Shown piece by piece: positions 18,625-30,191 of a DNA stretch of 64,000 nt. Positions within the stretch are counted from its first letter, which is position 1, and each line of letters opens with the position of its first letter. Under the pieces are notes generated by a model. The model had not been told where the DNA came from and ran no database searches. It saw nothing but the letters and a program-made list of their open reading frames with translations. The stretch lies in the NCBI GenBank assembly GCA_021156175.1, contig JAJNBL010000002.1:197029-261028 (forward strand). The letters are read 5' to 3'. The DNA is from Rickettsiales bacterium (GTDB lineage Bacteria > Pseudomonadota > Alphaproteobacteria > Rickettsiales > JAJNBL01). The translations under genes were made by a program, and so were the position numbers.

Positions 18625-18652
18625 AGAAAAAGGCCGGATCTCTCCAGCCTCT
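18625..18652 (-). terminator. rho-independent terminator after sucB
   Basis: On the minus strand, AGGCTGGA/TCCGGCCT stem (one mismatch) followed by TTTTT. Confidence 0.5.
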
Positions 18653-18671
18653 TTTAAAACCTTTGTGCAAA

Positions 18672-19883
18672 TTACATATCCAAAAGCAAACGTTGCGGAT
18701 CTTCAATGCACTCTTTCACGCGCACAAGGAACGTCACCGCTTCCTTGCCATCAATAATCCGGTGATCATAGGACAGCGCAATATACATCATTGGACGCGC
18801 TTCGATTTTATTCCCTTCCACGACCACAGGACGCATCTGGGTTTTATGCATACCCAAAATTCCTGATTGTGGTGGGTTGATGATCGGCGTAGACATCAAT
18901 GAGCCGTACACACCGCCGTTAGAAACGGTGAAGGTGCCACCGGTCATATCTTCCATGGTCAATTTGCCATCGCGTGCTTTTTTGCCGTAATCGTTGATTG
19001 TTTTCTCAACGCCCGCAAAGGAAAGATGATCCGCGTTACGAACAACAGGTACCACAAGACCTTGCTCGGTTCCTACTGCCACGCCAATATCATAATGATT
19101 CTTGTATACGAGATCATCGCCATCAATTTCTGCATTCACCGCAGGAATTTCTTTAAGCGCATTCACGGCTGCTTTTACGAAGAAAGACATAAAGCCCAGC
19201 TTCACGCCATGCTTTTTCTCAAACGCATCTTTATATTGATTGCGCAGCGCCATGACGTTCGTCATATCAATTTCGTTAAACGTGGTGAGGATTGCTGCGG
19301 TATTTTGCGACTCTTTCAAGCGCTCTGCGATACGCTTACGAAGGCGGGTCATTTTTACACGCTCTTCGCGCGGGCCAGAAGTCACCGCCGCAGAAATATG
19401 CGCCACACTACCACCATCAATGGCTTTTAGCACATCGCCTTTGGTCACGCGACCATCTTTACCAGAGCCTGGAATCGATGCAGGATTGATGCCCTGCTCC
19501 GCGGCAAGCTTACGCACCGCAGGTGGGTTGTTATCCGCGGGAAGCGATACAGACACCGCCACAGGAGCGGGTGCAAATGCGGGAGCCGCTGGTTTTTGCG
19601 CTTTCGCATTGCTGTTTGCGACTTTCACTTCGCCTTCTTCAATCAGGCCAAGAAGCGTACCAACGCTCACCGTTTCGCCTTCTTTCACATTAATTTGAGA
19701 AAGCACGCCGCTGGCCGGAGCATTCACTTCCAAGGTAACTTTATCGGTCTCTAATTCGACCAAAATTTCATCGGCATTCACCGATTCACCAGCAGATTTA
19801 AACCACTTTGCAATGGTTGCTTCCGTAACCGATTCGCCTAAGGATGGAACCAGAATTTTTGCACTCATGTTGCTATGCTCCAA
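18672..19883 (-). CDS. sucB: dihydrolipoamide succinyltransferase (E2 of the 2-oxoglutarate dehydrogenase complex)
   Basis: 403 aa; lipoyl motif [11 protein letters not shown]; catalytic SYDHRIIDG. Confidence 0.95.
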   Translation of the reverse strand: MEHSNMSAKILVPSLGESVTEATIAKWFKSAGESVNADEILVELETDKVTLEVNAPASGVLSQINVKEGETVSVGTLLGLIEEGEVKVANSNAKAQKPAAPAFAPAPVAVSVSLPADNNPPAVRKLAAEQGINPASIPGSGKDGRVTKGDVLKAIDGGSVAHISAAVTSGPREERVKMTRLRKRIAERLKESQNTAAILTTFNEIDMTNVMALRNQYKDAFEKKHGVKLGFMSFFVKAAVNALKEIPAVNAEIDGDDLVYKNHYDIGVAVGTEQGLVVPVVRNADHLSFAGVEKTINDYGKKARDGKLTMEDMTGGTFTVSNGGVYGSLMSTPIINPPQSGILGMHKTQMRPVVVEGNKIEARPMMYIALSYDHRIIDGKEAVTFLVRVKECIEDPQRLLLDM

Positions 19884-19887
19884 TTAA

Positions 19888-22794
19888 TTATTTTACAGTT
19901 AGTGCTTGGTCGATCAGCGCTTTTTGCTCCACGACGTGTAATTTCATATAGCCTGCCGCAGGAGAAGCCGCCTCTTTGCGTCCCACATAGGAAGCACGTT
20001 TGCCTTTAATGCCTGCCGCGATCAACGCTTCTTCGATTTTTGGCTCCACAAAGAACCAGCCTGCCATATTTTTTGGCTCTTCCTGGCACCATACGATTTC
20101 AGCGTTTTTGTATTTTTGCACTTCTCGTACGACTTCTGCCGCCGGGAATGGATAAAACTGCTCCATACGCACGAGCGCTACATCTTGAACGCCACGCTTC
20201 TCGCGCTCCTCTAACAAGTCATAATATACTTTTCCGCTACAGAATACCACACGCTTCACTTTCGCATCTGCGGCAATCGTATGCGTTTCGCCGATAATTG
20301 GCTCAAAGCTTGTACCTTCTGCGAAATCTTTAAGCGCAGATACCGCGAGCTTATGACGCAGCAATGATTTTGGTGTTGCGATAATTAATGGCTTACGGAA
20401 TTTCCGGTGCAATTGGCGGCGCAGAATATGGTAGTAAGACGCAGGCGTCGTACAATTTGCCACCTGAATATTATCTTCCGCACAAGACTGCAAGAAGCGC
20501 TCAATCCGCGCCGAGCTATGCTCAGGCCCTTGGCCTTCATAACCATGCGGGAGGAGCATTACCAGGCCGCTCATACGCAACCATTTCACTTCGCCTGAGG
20601 TGATGAACTGGTCAATCATGACCTGTGCACCGTTTACGAAATCCCCGAACTGGCCTTCCCACAGGGTAAGCGCATTCGGCTCCGCCAAGCTATAACCATA
20701 TTCGAAACCCAGCACCGCAAACTCGGAGAGGTTACTATCCACGATTTCCAGGCTCGCCTGCTTTGGATCAAGCTGTGCAAGCGGCGTATAGCGCGCTTCC
20801 GTCTTCTGATCAATGATCGAGGAATGGCGATGCGAGAATGTCCCGCGCACGGCATCCTGGCCCGTTAAACGCACCGGATGGCCTTCTAACATCAAAGAAC
20901 CAAACGCCAGTGCTTCACCGGTTGCCCAGTCAAAGCCCCGTCCGGTTTTGAACATTTCCTGCTTCGCTTCAAACTGGCGGACGATTTTCGGATTCACATT
21001 GAAATCCTGCGGAATCGCGCTAATGACTTTTCCAATTTTTTCTAAGGTCGCTTTCTTCACACCGGTTTCAGATTTTTCTGCCTTTCCGCCACGCTTAGAT
21101 TGCTCTAACCCCGCCCATTTCCCTTCCAGGAAATCTGCTTTCTCAGGCTTGAATTTCTCTGCTTTCTTGCGCTCTTCTTCAAGGAAGGCTTTGAAATCTT
21201 CAACTTTCTTCTCGAACTCCGCCCGGGATATCACGCCTTCCGCTATGAGTTTTTCGCCATAAATGGACATCGGACGCTTATGCTCGCTGATTTCCGTATA
21301 CATCACCGGCTGGGTGAAGAACGGCTCATCCCCTTCGTTATGGCCATAACGGCGATAACAAATGATATCAAGCACGATATCTTTTTTGAATTCGGCACGG
21401 AATTCCGCCGCGATTTGCGCAACAAACGCCACCGCCTCAGGATCATCCCCGTTCACGTGGAAAATCGGTGCCTGAACGATCTTCGCCACTTCCGTTGGGT
21501 ATGGGCTAAGACGTGCATTTTTCGGGCTAGTCGTAAAGCCGATCTGGTTATTCACGATCACATGGATCGTACCGCCGGTCGTATAGCCTTTCAAATCGCC
21601 AAGAGAGAGCGTCTCCGCCACCACACCTTGTCCCGCAAATGCCGCATCACCATGGAGCAATACGCCCACAACTTTCGAACGGCTCGTATCGTTATGCTGA
21701 TTTTGCTTCGCACGCACGCGCCCCACAACAACGGGATTAACGGCCTCCAAGTGCGAAGGGTTCGGGCTTAAAGAAAGATGGATCGTATTGCCGTTAAAAT
21801 CTCGGTCCGCCGATTTACCTAAATGGTATTTCACGTCGCCTGCAATATCCATACTTGCAGGATGCGCCAGCTCACCCATAAATTCAGAAATCATCGAGAA
21901 ATATGGCTTTTGCACAACAGACGTCAGGACGTTCAAACGTCCACGGTGCGGCATCCCTATCACCGCTTCTTTCACACCATGTTCACCGGATTTTGCCAGC
22001 GCCATATCCATCGCAACAATCGTGCTTTCGCCGCCCTCGATAGAGAAGCGTTTGGTGCCTGGGAATTTCACATGCAGGAATTGCTCGAAGGTCTCAGCCT
22101 TCATGATTTTTTCAAAAATTTCGCGTTTGGCTTCCGCAGAGAAATTAAACTGCCCCTGCACAGGCTCCAGCCGGGCTTCAATCCACTCACGCTCCGCCAG
22201 CGACTCGATATGCATGAATTCCGCACCGATGGTCGCGCAATAGGTCCGCCTTAAGGTCGCCAAGATCTCGCGCACCGTGGCGCTCTCATGGCCCAACACC
22301 CCACCCAAATAGATTGGACGATCATAATCAGCTTCCGAGAAACCATAGGTGGCGGGATTAAGGTCTGGATGGCCTTTGCCGCCTTCTAAATTAAGCGGAT
22401 CAAGCTTTGCCATCAAATGGCCGCGCATGCGGTAGGCACGGACAAGCATAAGCGCTTTGATACTGTCGCTCGCACTTGACGCCGCTTCATTTTTCGGCGC
22501 TTTTGCCGCTGCCGCGGCGGCAGCTTTCGCTTCTTCAGGATCACGATAACCTACAATCCGTGGCGCTTTCTTTGCCCAGGATGGCCCTTGCGTTCCCCGC
22601 AAAACAGCCTGGATATCGTCGCCCAAGTCACGGAAAAAATGTTGCCATTTTTCATCCACCGACGAAGGGTCTTGAACATAGCGGTTATACAGTTCTTCGA
22701 TGAAGACGGTATTCCCACCAAAAAGATACGTGGTTGCATTGAGACTATCGGCCATAGCAGATTCCTCGGGTTTTACCTTTGCATTCATGTTCAC
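19888..22794 (-). CDS. sucA: 2-oxoglutarate dehydrogenase E1 component
   Basis: 968 aa; sits between sucD and sucB; ThDP-enzyme motifs. The start may be the internal Met at 22758 (MADSLNA). Confidence 0.95.
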   Translation of the reverse strand: MNMNAKVKPEESAMADSLNATTYLFGGNTVFIEELYNRYVQDPSSVDEKWQHFFRDLGDDIQAVLRGTQGPSWAKKAPRIVGYRDPEEAKAAAAAAAKAPKNEAASSASDSIKALMLVRAYRMRGHLMAKLDPLNLEGGKGHPDLNPATYGFSEADYDRPIYLGGVLGHESATVREILATLRRTYCATIGAEFMHIESLAEREWIEARLEPVQGQFNFSAEAKREIFEKIMKAETFEQFLHVKFPGTKRFSIEGGESTIVAMDMALAKSGEHGVKEAVIGMPHRGRLNVLTSVVQKPYFSMISEFMGELAHPASMDIAGDVKYHLGKSADRDFNGNTIHLSLSPNPSHLEAVNPVVVGRVRAKQNQHNDTSRSKVVGVLLHGDAAFAGQGVVAETLSLGDLKGYTTGGTIHVIVNNQIGFTTSPKNARLSPYPTEVAKIVQAPIFHVNGDDPEAVAFVAQIAAEFRAEFKKDIVLDIICYRRYGHNEGDEPFFTQPVMYTEISEHKRPMSIYGEKLIAEGVISRAEFEKKVEDFKAFLEEERKKAEKFKPEKADFLEGKWAGLEQSKRGGKAEKSETGVKKATLEKIGKVISAIPQDFNVNPKIVRQFEAKQEMFKTGRGFDWATGEALAFGSLMLEGHPVRLTGQDAVRGTFSHRHSSIIDQKTEARYTPLAQLDPKQASLEIVDSNLSEFAVLGFEYGYSLAEPNALTLWEGQFGDFVNGAQVMIDQFITSGEVKWLRMSGLVMLLPHGYEGQGPEHSSARIERFLQSCAEDNIQVANCTTPASYYHILRRQLHRKFRKPLIIATPKSLLRHKLAVSALKDFAEGTSFEPIIGETHTIAADAKVKRVVFCSGKVYYDLLEEREKRGVQDVALVRMEQFYPFPAAEVVREVQKYKNAEIVWCQEEPKNMAGWFFVEPKIEEALIAAGIKGKRASYVGRKEAASPAAGYMKLHVVEQKALIDQALTVK

Positions 22795-22828
22795 AATCCT
22801 GATTCAACATGCTTTCTTTGTGTATAGA

Positions 22829-23704
22829 TTATGCCGCAAGCAGATTTTTCATGGTTTTGCCAAGCGCTGCAGGCGAATCTGCAACCACGATCCCCGCGCG
22901 CTTCATCGCTTCGATTTTATCTTCTGCTCCACCTTTACCGCCAGCAACAATCGCGCCCGCGTGGCCCATACGCTTGCCTGGAGGTGCGGTACGTCCCGCA
23001 ATAAACCCTACTACTGGCTTCTTCACTTTGGATGTACGGAGGAAATCTGCCGCCTCTTCCTCTGCGCTACCGCCAATTTCTCCAATCATGATCATCGCTT
23101 GGGTTTCATCGTCCGCCAAGAATAATTCGAGCACATCGATGAAGTTCGTCCCATTTACAGGATCACCACCGATCCCTACGCAGCTTGATTGGCCTAAGCC
23201 CGCCTGCGTAGTTTGATGCACGGCTTCATAGGTCAATGTACCAGAGCGCGACACAATCCCGATTCTGCCTTTCTGGTGAATATGGCCCGGCATAATCCCG
23301 ATTTTGCATTCGCCTGGCGTAATCACGCCCGGGCAGTTTGGCCCAACCAGACGGGTTTTAGAGCCCGACAGCGCACGCTTTACGCGCACCATGTCTTGGA
23401 CCGGAATCCCTTCGGTAATGCAGATCGCAAGCTCGATCTGAGCATCAATTGCTTCTAAAATTGCATCCGCAGCGAACGGAGGCGGCACATAAATCACGGA
23501 CGCATTCGCGCCGGTTTTCGATTTCGCTTCCGCCACCGTGTTGAATACTGGCAAGTCTAAATGTTTTTCGCCACCTTTACCCGGAGTCACACCACCAACC
23601 ATTTTGGTGCCATAGGCAATCGCTTGTTCTGAGTGAAAAGTTCCTTGGGAGCCGGTAAATCCCTGGCAAATAACTTTGGTATTTTTATTGACGAGAATAG
23701 CCAT
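22829..23704 (-). CDS. sucD: succinyl-CoA synthetase alpha subunit
   Basis: 291 aa; [27 protein letters not shown] and SRSGTLTYE. Confidence 0.96.
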   Translation of the reverse strand: MAILVNKNTKVICQGFTGSQGTFHSEQAIAYGTKMVGGVTPGKGGEKHLDLPVFNTVAEAKSKTGANASVIYVPPPFAADAILEAIDAQIELAICITEGIPVQDMVRVKRALSGSKTRLVGPNCPGVITPGECKIGIMPGHIHQKGRIGIVSRSGTLTYEAVHQTTQAGLGQSSCVGIGGDPVNGTNFIDVLELFLADDETQAMIMIGEIGGSAEEEAADFLRTSKVKKPVVGFIAGRTAPPGKRMGHAGAIVAGGKGGAEDKIEAMKRAGIVVADSPAALGKTMKNLLAA

Positions 23705-24903
23705 TACGCTGCCTCCCTTTGTACGGCTTTCACAATCTTTTCTGCTGCATCCTCAAGATTATCTGCAGAAATGACGCGAAGGCCTGATTTGTTGATAATG
23801 TCTTTGCCCAATTGCACGTTGGTTCCTTCTAGGCGAACAACCAGCGGCACATGGAGTGATACTTCTTTCGCCGCAGCGATAATCCCTTCCGCGATAATAT
23901 CGCAGCGCATGATTCCGCCGAAAATATTGACGAGAATTCCTTCAACGCTCGGATCCGAAAGAATAATTTTAAACGCTTTGGTCACGCGCTCTTTCGTCGC
24001 GCCACCGCCCACATCGAGGAAGTTTGCAGGCCCGCCGCCTTTAAGCTTAATGATGTCCATGGTTGCCATCGCAAGACCGGCACCATTGACCATGCAGCCG
24101 ATATTCCCGTCCATTTTCACATAGCTCAACTCATGGCGCTTCGCCTCGAGTTCAGACGGCTCTTCTTCCGACACATCGCGCATTTCTTCGATATCTTTGT
24201 GACGGAAAAGCGCGTTATCATCAAAATCAAATTTCGCATCAAGCGCGATAAAATCCCCTTCCGCGGTTTCCACCAGCGGGTTGATCTCCAGCTGAGAGGC
24301 ATCCGTATCGGTGAATGCACGATAAAGCGCGGCCACGAATTTCGAAAATTTCTTCACTTGATCGCCTGAAAGACCTAAGCCATAAGCAAGCTTACGAGTA
24401 TGGAAGCCTTGAATGCCGGTTACGGGATCAATAGAGACGCTAAAAAGCTTTTCCGGGTGTGAGTGCGCCACTTCTTCGATATCCATTCCGCCTTCGGTGG
24501 AGGCAATGAAAGTAATACGGCTATTTTCGCGGTTTACAAGCGCGCTTAAATAGTATTCTTTCGCGATATTGGAACCTTCTTCAATATAGACGCGATTCAC
24601 TTGCTTGCCTTCCGGGCCCGTCTGGATTGTCTCCAGCACCTCACCGAGCATTTCTTTCGCGTTTTCCCATACTTCCGCAGGAGATTTCACGACGCGTACG
24701 CCGCCCTTACCTTTCGGATTATTTTTAAAACGTCCTTTACCCCGGCCACCGGCATGGATCTGGGATTTCACCACCAATACCGGCACCCCCAACTCCTGAG
24801 CCGCGGTTTTCGCGTCATCCGCAGTAAATGCCACTTTTCCGTTAGGGACGGGCACTTGGTAGCGCCGCAAGATTTCTTTTGCCTGGTATTCATGAATATA
24901 CAT
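23704..24903 (-). CDS. sucC: succinyl-CoA synthetase beta subunit
   Basis: 399 aa; [16 protein letters not shown]-terminus, ATP-grasp domain. Confidence 0.96.
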   Translation of the reverse strand: MYIHEYQAKEILRRYQVPVPNGKVAFTADDAKTAAQELGVPVLVVKSQIHAGGRGKGRFKNNPKGKGGVRVVKSPAEVWENAKEMLGEVLETIQTGPEGKQVNRVYIEEGSNIAKEYYLSALVNRENSRITFIASTEGGMDIEEVAHSHPEKLFSVSIDPVTGIQGFHTRKLAYGLGLSGDQVKKFSKFVAALYRAFTDTDASQLEINPLVETAEGDFIALDAKFDFDDNALFRHKDIEEMRDVSEEEPSELEAKRHELSYVKMDGNIGCMVNGAGLAMATMDIIKLKGGGPANFLDVGGGATKERVTKAFKIILSDPSVEGILVNIFGGIMRCDIIAEGIIAAAKEVSLHVPLVVRLEGTNVQLGKDIINKSGLRVISADNLEDAAEKIVKAVQREAA

Positions 24904-24936
24904 GGACAGTTCCTTTTATGCTTCTTATTCAATCAG

Positions 24937-25887
<951 letters not shown>

Positions 25888-25973
25888 CTACCTCGTATGC
25901 AGAGTGGTTAAATTCATTCGGCAGCGCCTCTTTCTCTTAAGGAAAAAACGCTAGCCCCACTCCGTATATAACC

Positions 25974-27419
25974 TTACGAATTCATTGCGTCAAAGAATTC
26001 GTTGTTATCCTTGGTCGCTTTCATCTTGCCGATGAGGAATTCCATCGCATCCAGACTTCCCATCGGGGAAAGAATACGGCGAAGCATCCAGCTCTTTGTA
26101 AGGATTTCCTTATCAAGTAGCAATTCTTCTTTCCGTGTTCCGGATTTGGTGACATCAATCGCCGGGAAGACCCGCTTATCTGCGATTTTCCGATCAAGGA
26201 TAATCTCGGCGTTACCTGTACCTTTGAATTCCTCGAAGATTACCTCATCCATGCGTGAGCCGGTTTCAATCAGAGCGGTCGCGATAATGGTCAGTGATCC
26301 ACCATGCTCGATATTTCGTGCAGCACCGAAAAAGCGCTTAGGGCGTTGCAGCGCATTGGCATCCACACCCCCGGTTAATACTTTCCCAGACGATGGCACC
26401 ACGGTGTTATACGCACGAGCCAGACGGGTTATGGAATCCAGCAGGATTACCACGTCTTTCTTGTGTTCTACCAAACGCTTGGCTTTTTCAATCACCATTT
26501 CCGCTAATTGTACGTGGCGGGTCGCTGGCTCATCAAAGGTCGAGCTAACGACTTCGCCTTTCACGGAACGCGCCATATCCGTCACTTCCTCGGGGCGCTC
26601 ATCAATCAAGAGAACGATTAGCTCCACTTCCGGATGGTTTGCAGTAATCGCATGGGCTATATTTTGCATTAGCATGGTTTTACCGGTACGTGGCGGCGCA
26701 ACAATCAATGCCCGCTGGCCTTTACCGAGCGGCGCTACGAGTTCAATCACCCGTGTGCTAAAATCGGTTGCAGTCGGGTTCGGGAATTCGAGTTTCAGTT
26801 TTTGTTGTGGATAGAGTGGGGTCAGGTTATCGAAGTTAATCCGGTGACGGACTTCTTCCACAGGACCACCATTGATGCTGGTCACTTTTAGGAGCGCGAA
26901 ATAACGCTCACCTTTTTTCGGAGAACGAATTTGCCCATCGACCGTATCACCAGTACGAAGCCCAAAACGGCGCACCTGGCTTGGAGAAACATAGATATCA
27001 TCCGGGCCTGCACAATAGTTCGCTTCCGGTGAACGTAAGAATCCAAAACCGTCTTGAAGTACTTCGAGCACCCCCTCGCCGGTAATGATTCCGCCTTGTT
27101 CGGCGGATTTTTTCAAAATCGCGAAGATCATCTCCTGCTTTAACAAGCCGCCGACATTCTCCACTTTATATTCTTCAGCAATCGCAAGCAGCTCATCCGG
27201 TGCTTTGCGTTTGAGTTCTTTAATGTTCAGTTCTTTACCTGATCCTGGCAAGGGCGCTTCGCCATTGGCGCTCATAGCTTCATTCGCCTCTTCATCGTTG
27301 TCGCTCATCCCCATATCCTGCATCTGAGAAGAAGGGGCTTGCTCATCTCGTGAACGGCGGTGATGGGTGGAGTTAGAATGGTGCTGTCTTTCAGGAAAAT
27401 CTTTGTTAGGTCTGTGCAT
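25974..27419 (-). CDS. rho: transcription termination factor Rho, with about 60 aa of N-terminal low-complexity extension
   Basis: 481 aa; Walker A APPRTGKT; RNA-binding domain GFGFLR. The start could be a later Met. Confidence 0.95.
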   Translation of the reverse strand: MHRPNKDFPERQHHSNSTHHRRSRDEQAPSSQMQDMGMSDNDEEANEAMSANGEAPLPGSGKELNIKELKRKAPDELLAIAEEYKVENVGGLLKQEMIFAILKKSAEQGGIITGEGVLEVLQDGFGFLRSPEANYCAGPDDIYVSPSQVRRFGLRTGDTVDGQIRSPKKGERYFALLKVTSINGGPVEEVRHRINFDNLTPLYPQQKLKLEFPNPTATDFSTRVIELVAPLGKGQRALIVAPPRTGKTMLMQNIAHAITANHPEVELIVLLIDERPEEVTDMARSVKGEVVSSTFDEPATRHVQLAEMVIEKAKRLVEHKKDVVILLDSITRLARAYNTVVPSSGKVLTGGVDANALQRPKRFFGAARNIEHGGSLTIIATALIETGSRMDEVIFEEFKGTGNAEIILDRKIADKRVFPAIDVTKSGTRKEELLLDKEILTKSWMLRRILSPMGSLDAMEFLIGKMKATKDNNEFFDAMNS

Positions 27420-27662
27420 AGAAACCTTAGGCTTAATGATTTATATTAAGGTGAGGGAATATTCTTGCTGCTTTTTAAAAGCGCTCCAACCGGATATTAT
27501 TCCTGCAATCCATGCGTATATTCACGGGTGTAGGGGATAATAAAAAAGGAGGATAATAACAAGAAGGACCTTTGCGGGACGCTGGTTTCACGCCCACGTG
27601 TCCTATTTGAGCTACCAGATAGTAATCTACGTGTCAAACAAAAAGATACGCTTTAGCTCTAA

Positions 27663-28103
27663 TTAGAATGGCTTCACCACCGCCAATACCACAATAATGA
27701 TCATCAAAACTGCCGGTATCTCATTGATAATACGGAAAAATTTCTCCGATTTCGTATTTTTCCCTTGAGCAAAGGATTTTCGGTATTTTGAGAACATTCC
27801 ATGGAGTCCAAACATCCCCAACAGCAATAGCGCCTTCGCATGGAACCACTTAAGCTCACCCGGATAACCCGCATGGGTAATATAAATCAGCATTAGACCA
27901 AAAATAAGGCTCAGAATCATCGCGGGATTGATAATTACCCGCATGAGTTTGCGTTCCATCAGCTGGAACCGTTGATCCTCTTTGGAACCCACTTTCACTT
28001 GGGTGTGATACACAAACAGCCTTGGTAAATAGAGCATTCCCGCCATCCAGGAAATGACCGAAATAATATGTAAGGCTTTGATCCATAAGTAATATTCTGT
28101 CAT
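27663..28103 (-). CDS. hemJ: protoporphyrinogen IX oxidase HemJ
   Basis: The track ORF runs to 28136. I prefer the ATG at 28103 (MTEYYLWIKALH...), one nucleotide beyond the hemH stop. Signature ALHIISVISWMAGMLYLPRLFVYH. Confidence 0.8.
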   Translation of the reverse strand: MTEYYLWIKALHIISVISWMAGMLYLPRLFVYHTQVKVGSKEDQRFQLMERKLMRVIINPAMILSLIFGLMLIYITHAGYPGELKWFHAKALLLLGMFGLHGMFSKYRKSFAQGKNTKSEKFFRIINEIPAVLMIIIVVLAVVKPF

Positions 28104-28104
28104 A

Positions 28105-29139
28105 TTATTCTCCTTTTGCACATACACATTTTCCAAATTCAGCCGGGCAATTGTTGCCTCCTGAAGCTCTGGATATCGGTTTTTCTGAGTCTTTTAATCC
28201 CAAACATAGCGACGCCAATGACGCTATAAAATGCTCATTCACCCCAAGCGCTGGAACCCGCGCATAATAGGGTATTCCCACTTCTTCGGCTTTTTTCCGG
28301 TATTCAATATCCAGCTCCACGAGCGTCTCAGAATGTTCCGACACAAACGCCACCGGCACCACCACCACCGGAACATTATCCTTCCCCGCCCGCGCTATCT
28401 CATCCCCAAGTGATGGGCCTATCCAAGCCAGCGGCCCTACCCGGCTTTGATAACAAATCGCATAATCAAGTTTCTCGATATTTAAGCGTTTCACGATAGC
28501 TGCAACGGTTTGTTCCACCTGCCATTGATATGGATCTCCGGCTTTGACGATTTTTTCTGGCAAACCATGGGCAGAAAATAAAATGCGTGGATTTCCCTCT
28601 TTTTTTGTTTCCTCATAGACCGGCCGAAGTAATGTTTCATACGCTTCTATAAACGCAGGTTCTTGTGGATAACACCCTATCGCCTGGGTAGGAACATCCA
28701 GTCTTTGTGCTTTTGCTTGCTCGTTCCAATCGTCCAAAGAGGATCCGGTCGTAGTAGTCGAAAATTGGGGATAGAGTGGAAGGAGTATCACCCGATCCGG
28801 CTGGTAGGTCTTCACCTGCTTCACCACTTCTTTGCTCATCGGATGCCAATACCGCATCGAGACAAACACACGATAACCTGTTCCCAATTTTGCTTCTAAG
28901 CTTTGCGCTTGCGCTTGGGTGAGTGGCAAGATCGGCGATCTTCCTCCCATTTCCTGATAAATTGCTTGGGCTTTTTGATTCCGTCCGCGGGAAATTATTT
29001 TTGCCAGCAAAAACCGAAAAGGTTGAGGAAGTGCAATGATCGCTTTGTCGCTAAAAAGATTGAAGAGAAACGGCTTCACTGATTCCAGACAATCAGGCCC
29101 ACCTAAATTAAATAAAACTACCGCAACACGTGCATTCAT
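28105..29139 (-). CDS. hemH: ferrochelatase
   Basis: 344 aa; VVLFNLGGPD N-terminus; SAHGLP motif. Confidence 0.93.
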   Translation of the reverse strand: MNARVAVVLFNLGGPDCLESVKPFLFNLFSDKAIIALPQPFRFLLAKIISRGRNQKAQAIYQEMGGRSPILPLTQAQAQSLEAKLGTGYRVFVSMRYWHPMSKEVVKQVKTYQPDRVILLPLYPQFSTTTTGSSLDDWNEQAKAQRLDVPTQAIGCYPQEPAFIEAYETLLRPVYEETKKEGNPRILFSAHGLPEKIVKAGDPYQWQVEQTVAAIVKRLNIEKLDYAICYQSRVGPLAWIGPSLGDEIARAGKDNVPVVVVPVAFVSEHSETLVELDIEYRKKAEEVGIPYYARVPALGVNEHFIASLASLCLGLKDSEKPISRASGGNNCPAEFGKCVCAKGE

Positions 29140-30191
29140 GCCGCTTGTTTCCTTTTCCAGCTTCGCACGGTTTCGACCAACAGCTCAACATTTTCGATCG
29201 GCGTCGTCGGTAGAATCCCATGCCCTAAATTCACGATAAATGGCCCGTGTTTTAATGCTTCTAGCAATGAAATAATCTGATCCCGAAGCATCCCCTTTTC
29301 CGCAAATAACATCACCGGATCCAAATTCCCTTGCACCGGTTTCTTTGTTTGGAGCTGCTTTGCTGCCCATATCAGAGGAATGGTGGTGTCGAGACCTACT
29401 GCATCCACGCCTGTTTGCTTGAGATACGCTTCGTAATAAAACCCAGCGCCGCGTGGGAATCCGATGATAGGAATCGCAGGATGCCGTAATTTAAGCTTTT
29501 CTACAATTTTGCGCGTCGGTTCAATTACCCATTGCGAAAACGCTTCTTCGGGTAATACACCCGCCCAGGAATCAAACAATTGCACCGTTTCCGCACCGGC
29601 TTGAATCTGAAGCGATAAATGTTCGACCGTCGCTTCTATCAAAATATCGATCAATTTTCCAAATGCAGACGGTGTGGCATAAGCCCAACGTTTGCTTTCC
29701 AAAAATTCTTTGCTGCTGCCGCCCTCGAGCATATAGGTTGCTACCGTCCAAGGGCTTCCTGCGAAACCAATGAGGGTGGTGTGTGTGGGTAATTGTTGTT
29801 TGATTTCTGCGACTGCTTCATAAACGGGGGAAAGATGGGAAGCGATACGTTCAGGCTTTAATCCTGCTAATGCTTTTTCCGATGTGATTTTTTCGAGTAT
29901 CGGCCCTTTTTTCTCTTCAAAGGTCACATGCATGCCGAGTGCATCGGGAATCACCAAAATATCGGAAAATAAAATCGCTGCATCAAAACCAAAGCGACGA
30001 ATAGGCTGCAACGTCACTTCAGCCGCGAGTTTCGGTGTATAGCACATCTGTAAGAAACTGGAGACATCTTTTCTGATTTCACGATATTCCGGTAAATATC
30101 GTCCGGCTTGACGCATCAACCATAACGGAGGAGTATCAAGTTGTTTCCCCTTCAATGTCTCTAATAATGGCTTTCCAGTCTGCTTTACCAT
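29136..30191 (-). CDS. hemE: uroporphyrinogen decarboxylase
   Basis: 351 aa; PPLWLMRQAGRYLPEYR signature. Confidence 0.95.
   Translation of the reverse strand: MVKQTGKPLLETLKGKQLDTPPLWLMRQAGRYLPEYREIRKDVSSFLQMCYTPKLAAEVTLQPIRRFGFDAAILFSDILVIPDALGMHVTFEEKKGPILEKITSEKALAGLKPERIASHLSPVYEAVAEIKQQLPTHTTLIGFAGSPWTVATYMLEGGSSKEFLESKRWAYATPSAFGKLIDILIEATVEHLSLQIQAGAETVQLFDSWAGVLPEEAFSQWVIEPTRKIVEKLKLRHPAIPIIGFPRGAGFYYEAYLKQTGVDAVGLDTTIPLIWAAKQLQTKKPVQGNLDPVMLFAEKGMLRDQIISLLEALKHGPFIVNLGHGILPTTPIENVELLVETVRSWKRKQAA

Noticed and set aside
18552-18866. ORFs whose products contain MFHVKH (18552-18866, 58761-59057, 58956-59240)
   Set aside because: The MFHVKH peptide is just the translation of the parS palindrome ATGTTTCACGTGAAACA. 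These ORFs otherwise run through intergenic DNA or antisense to sucB and lysK.
26002-26814. A 270-aa plus-strand ORF inside rho, and similar long antisense ORFs elsewhere: 8237-8812, 8892-9446, 9017-9676 and 9534-10241 in clpB; 4759-5373 in ubiB; 17753-18193 in lpdA; 21280-22254 in sucA; 35525-36316 in the L,D-transpeptidase; 56589-57107 in rsmG
   Set aside because: Each lies entirely within, and antisense or out of frame to, a gene with strong family motifs. Their translations are low-complexity (Ser/Arg/Ala-rich) with no recognisable motifs. They are typical shadow ORFs.
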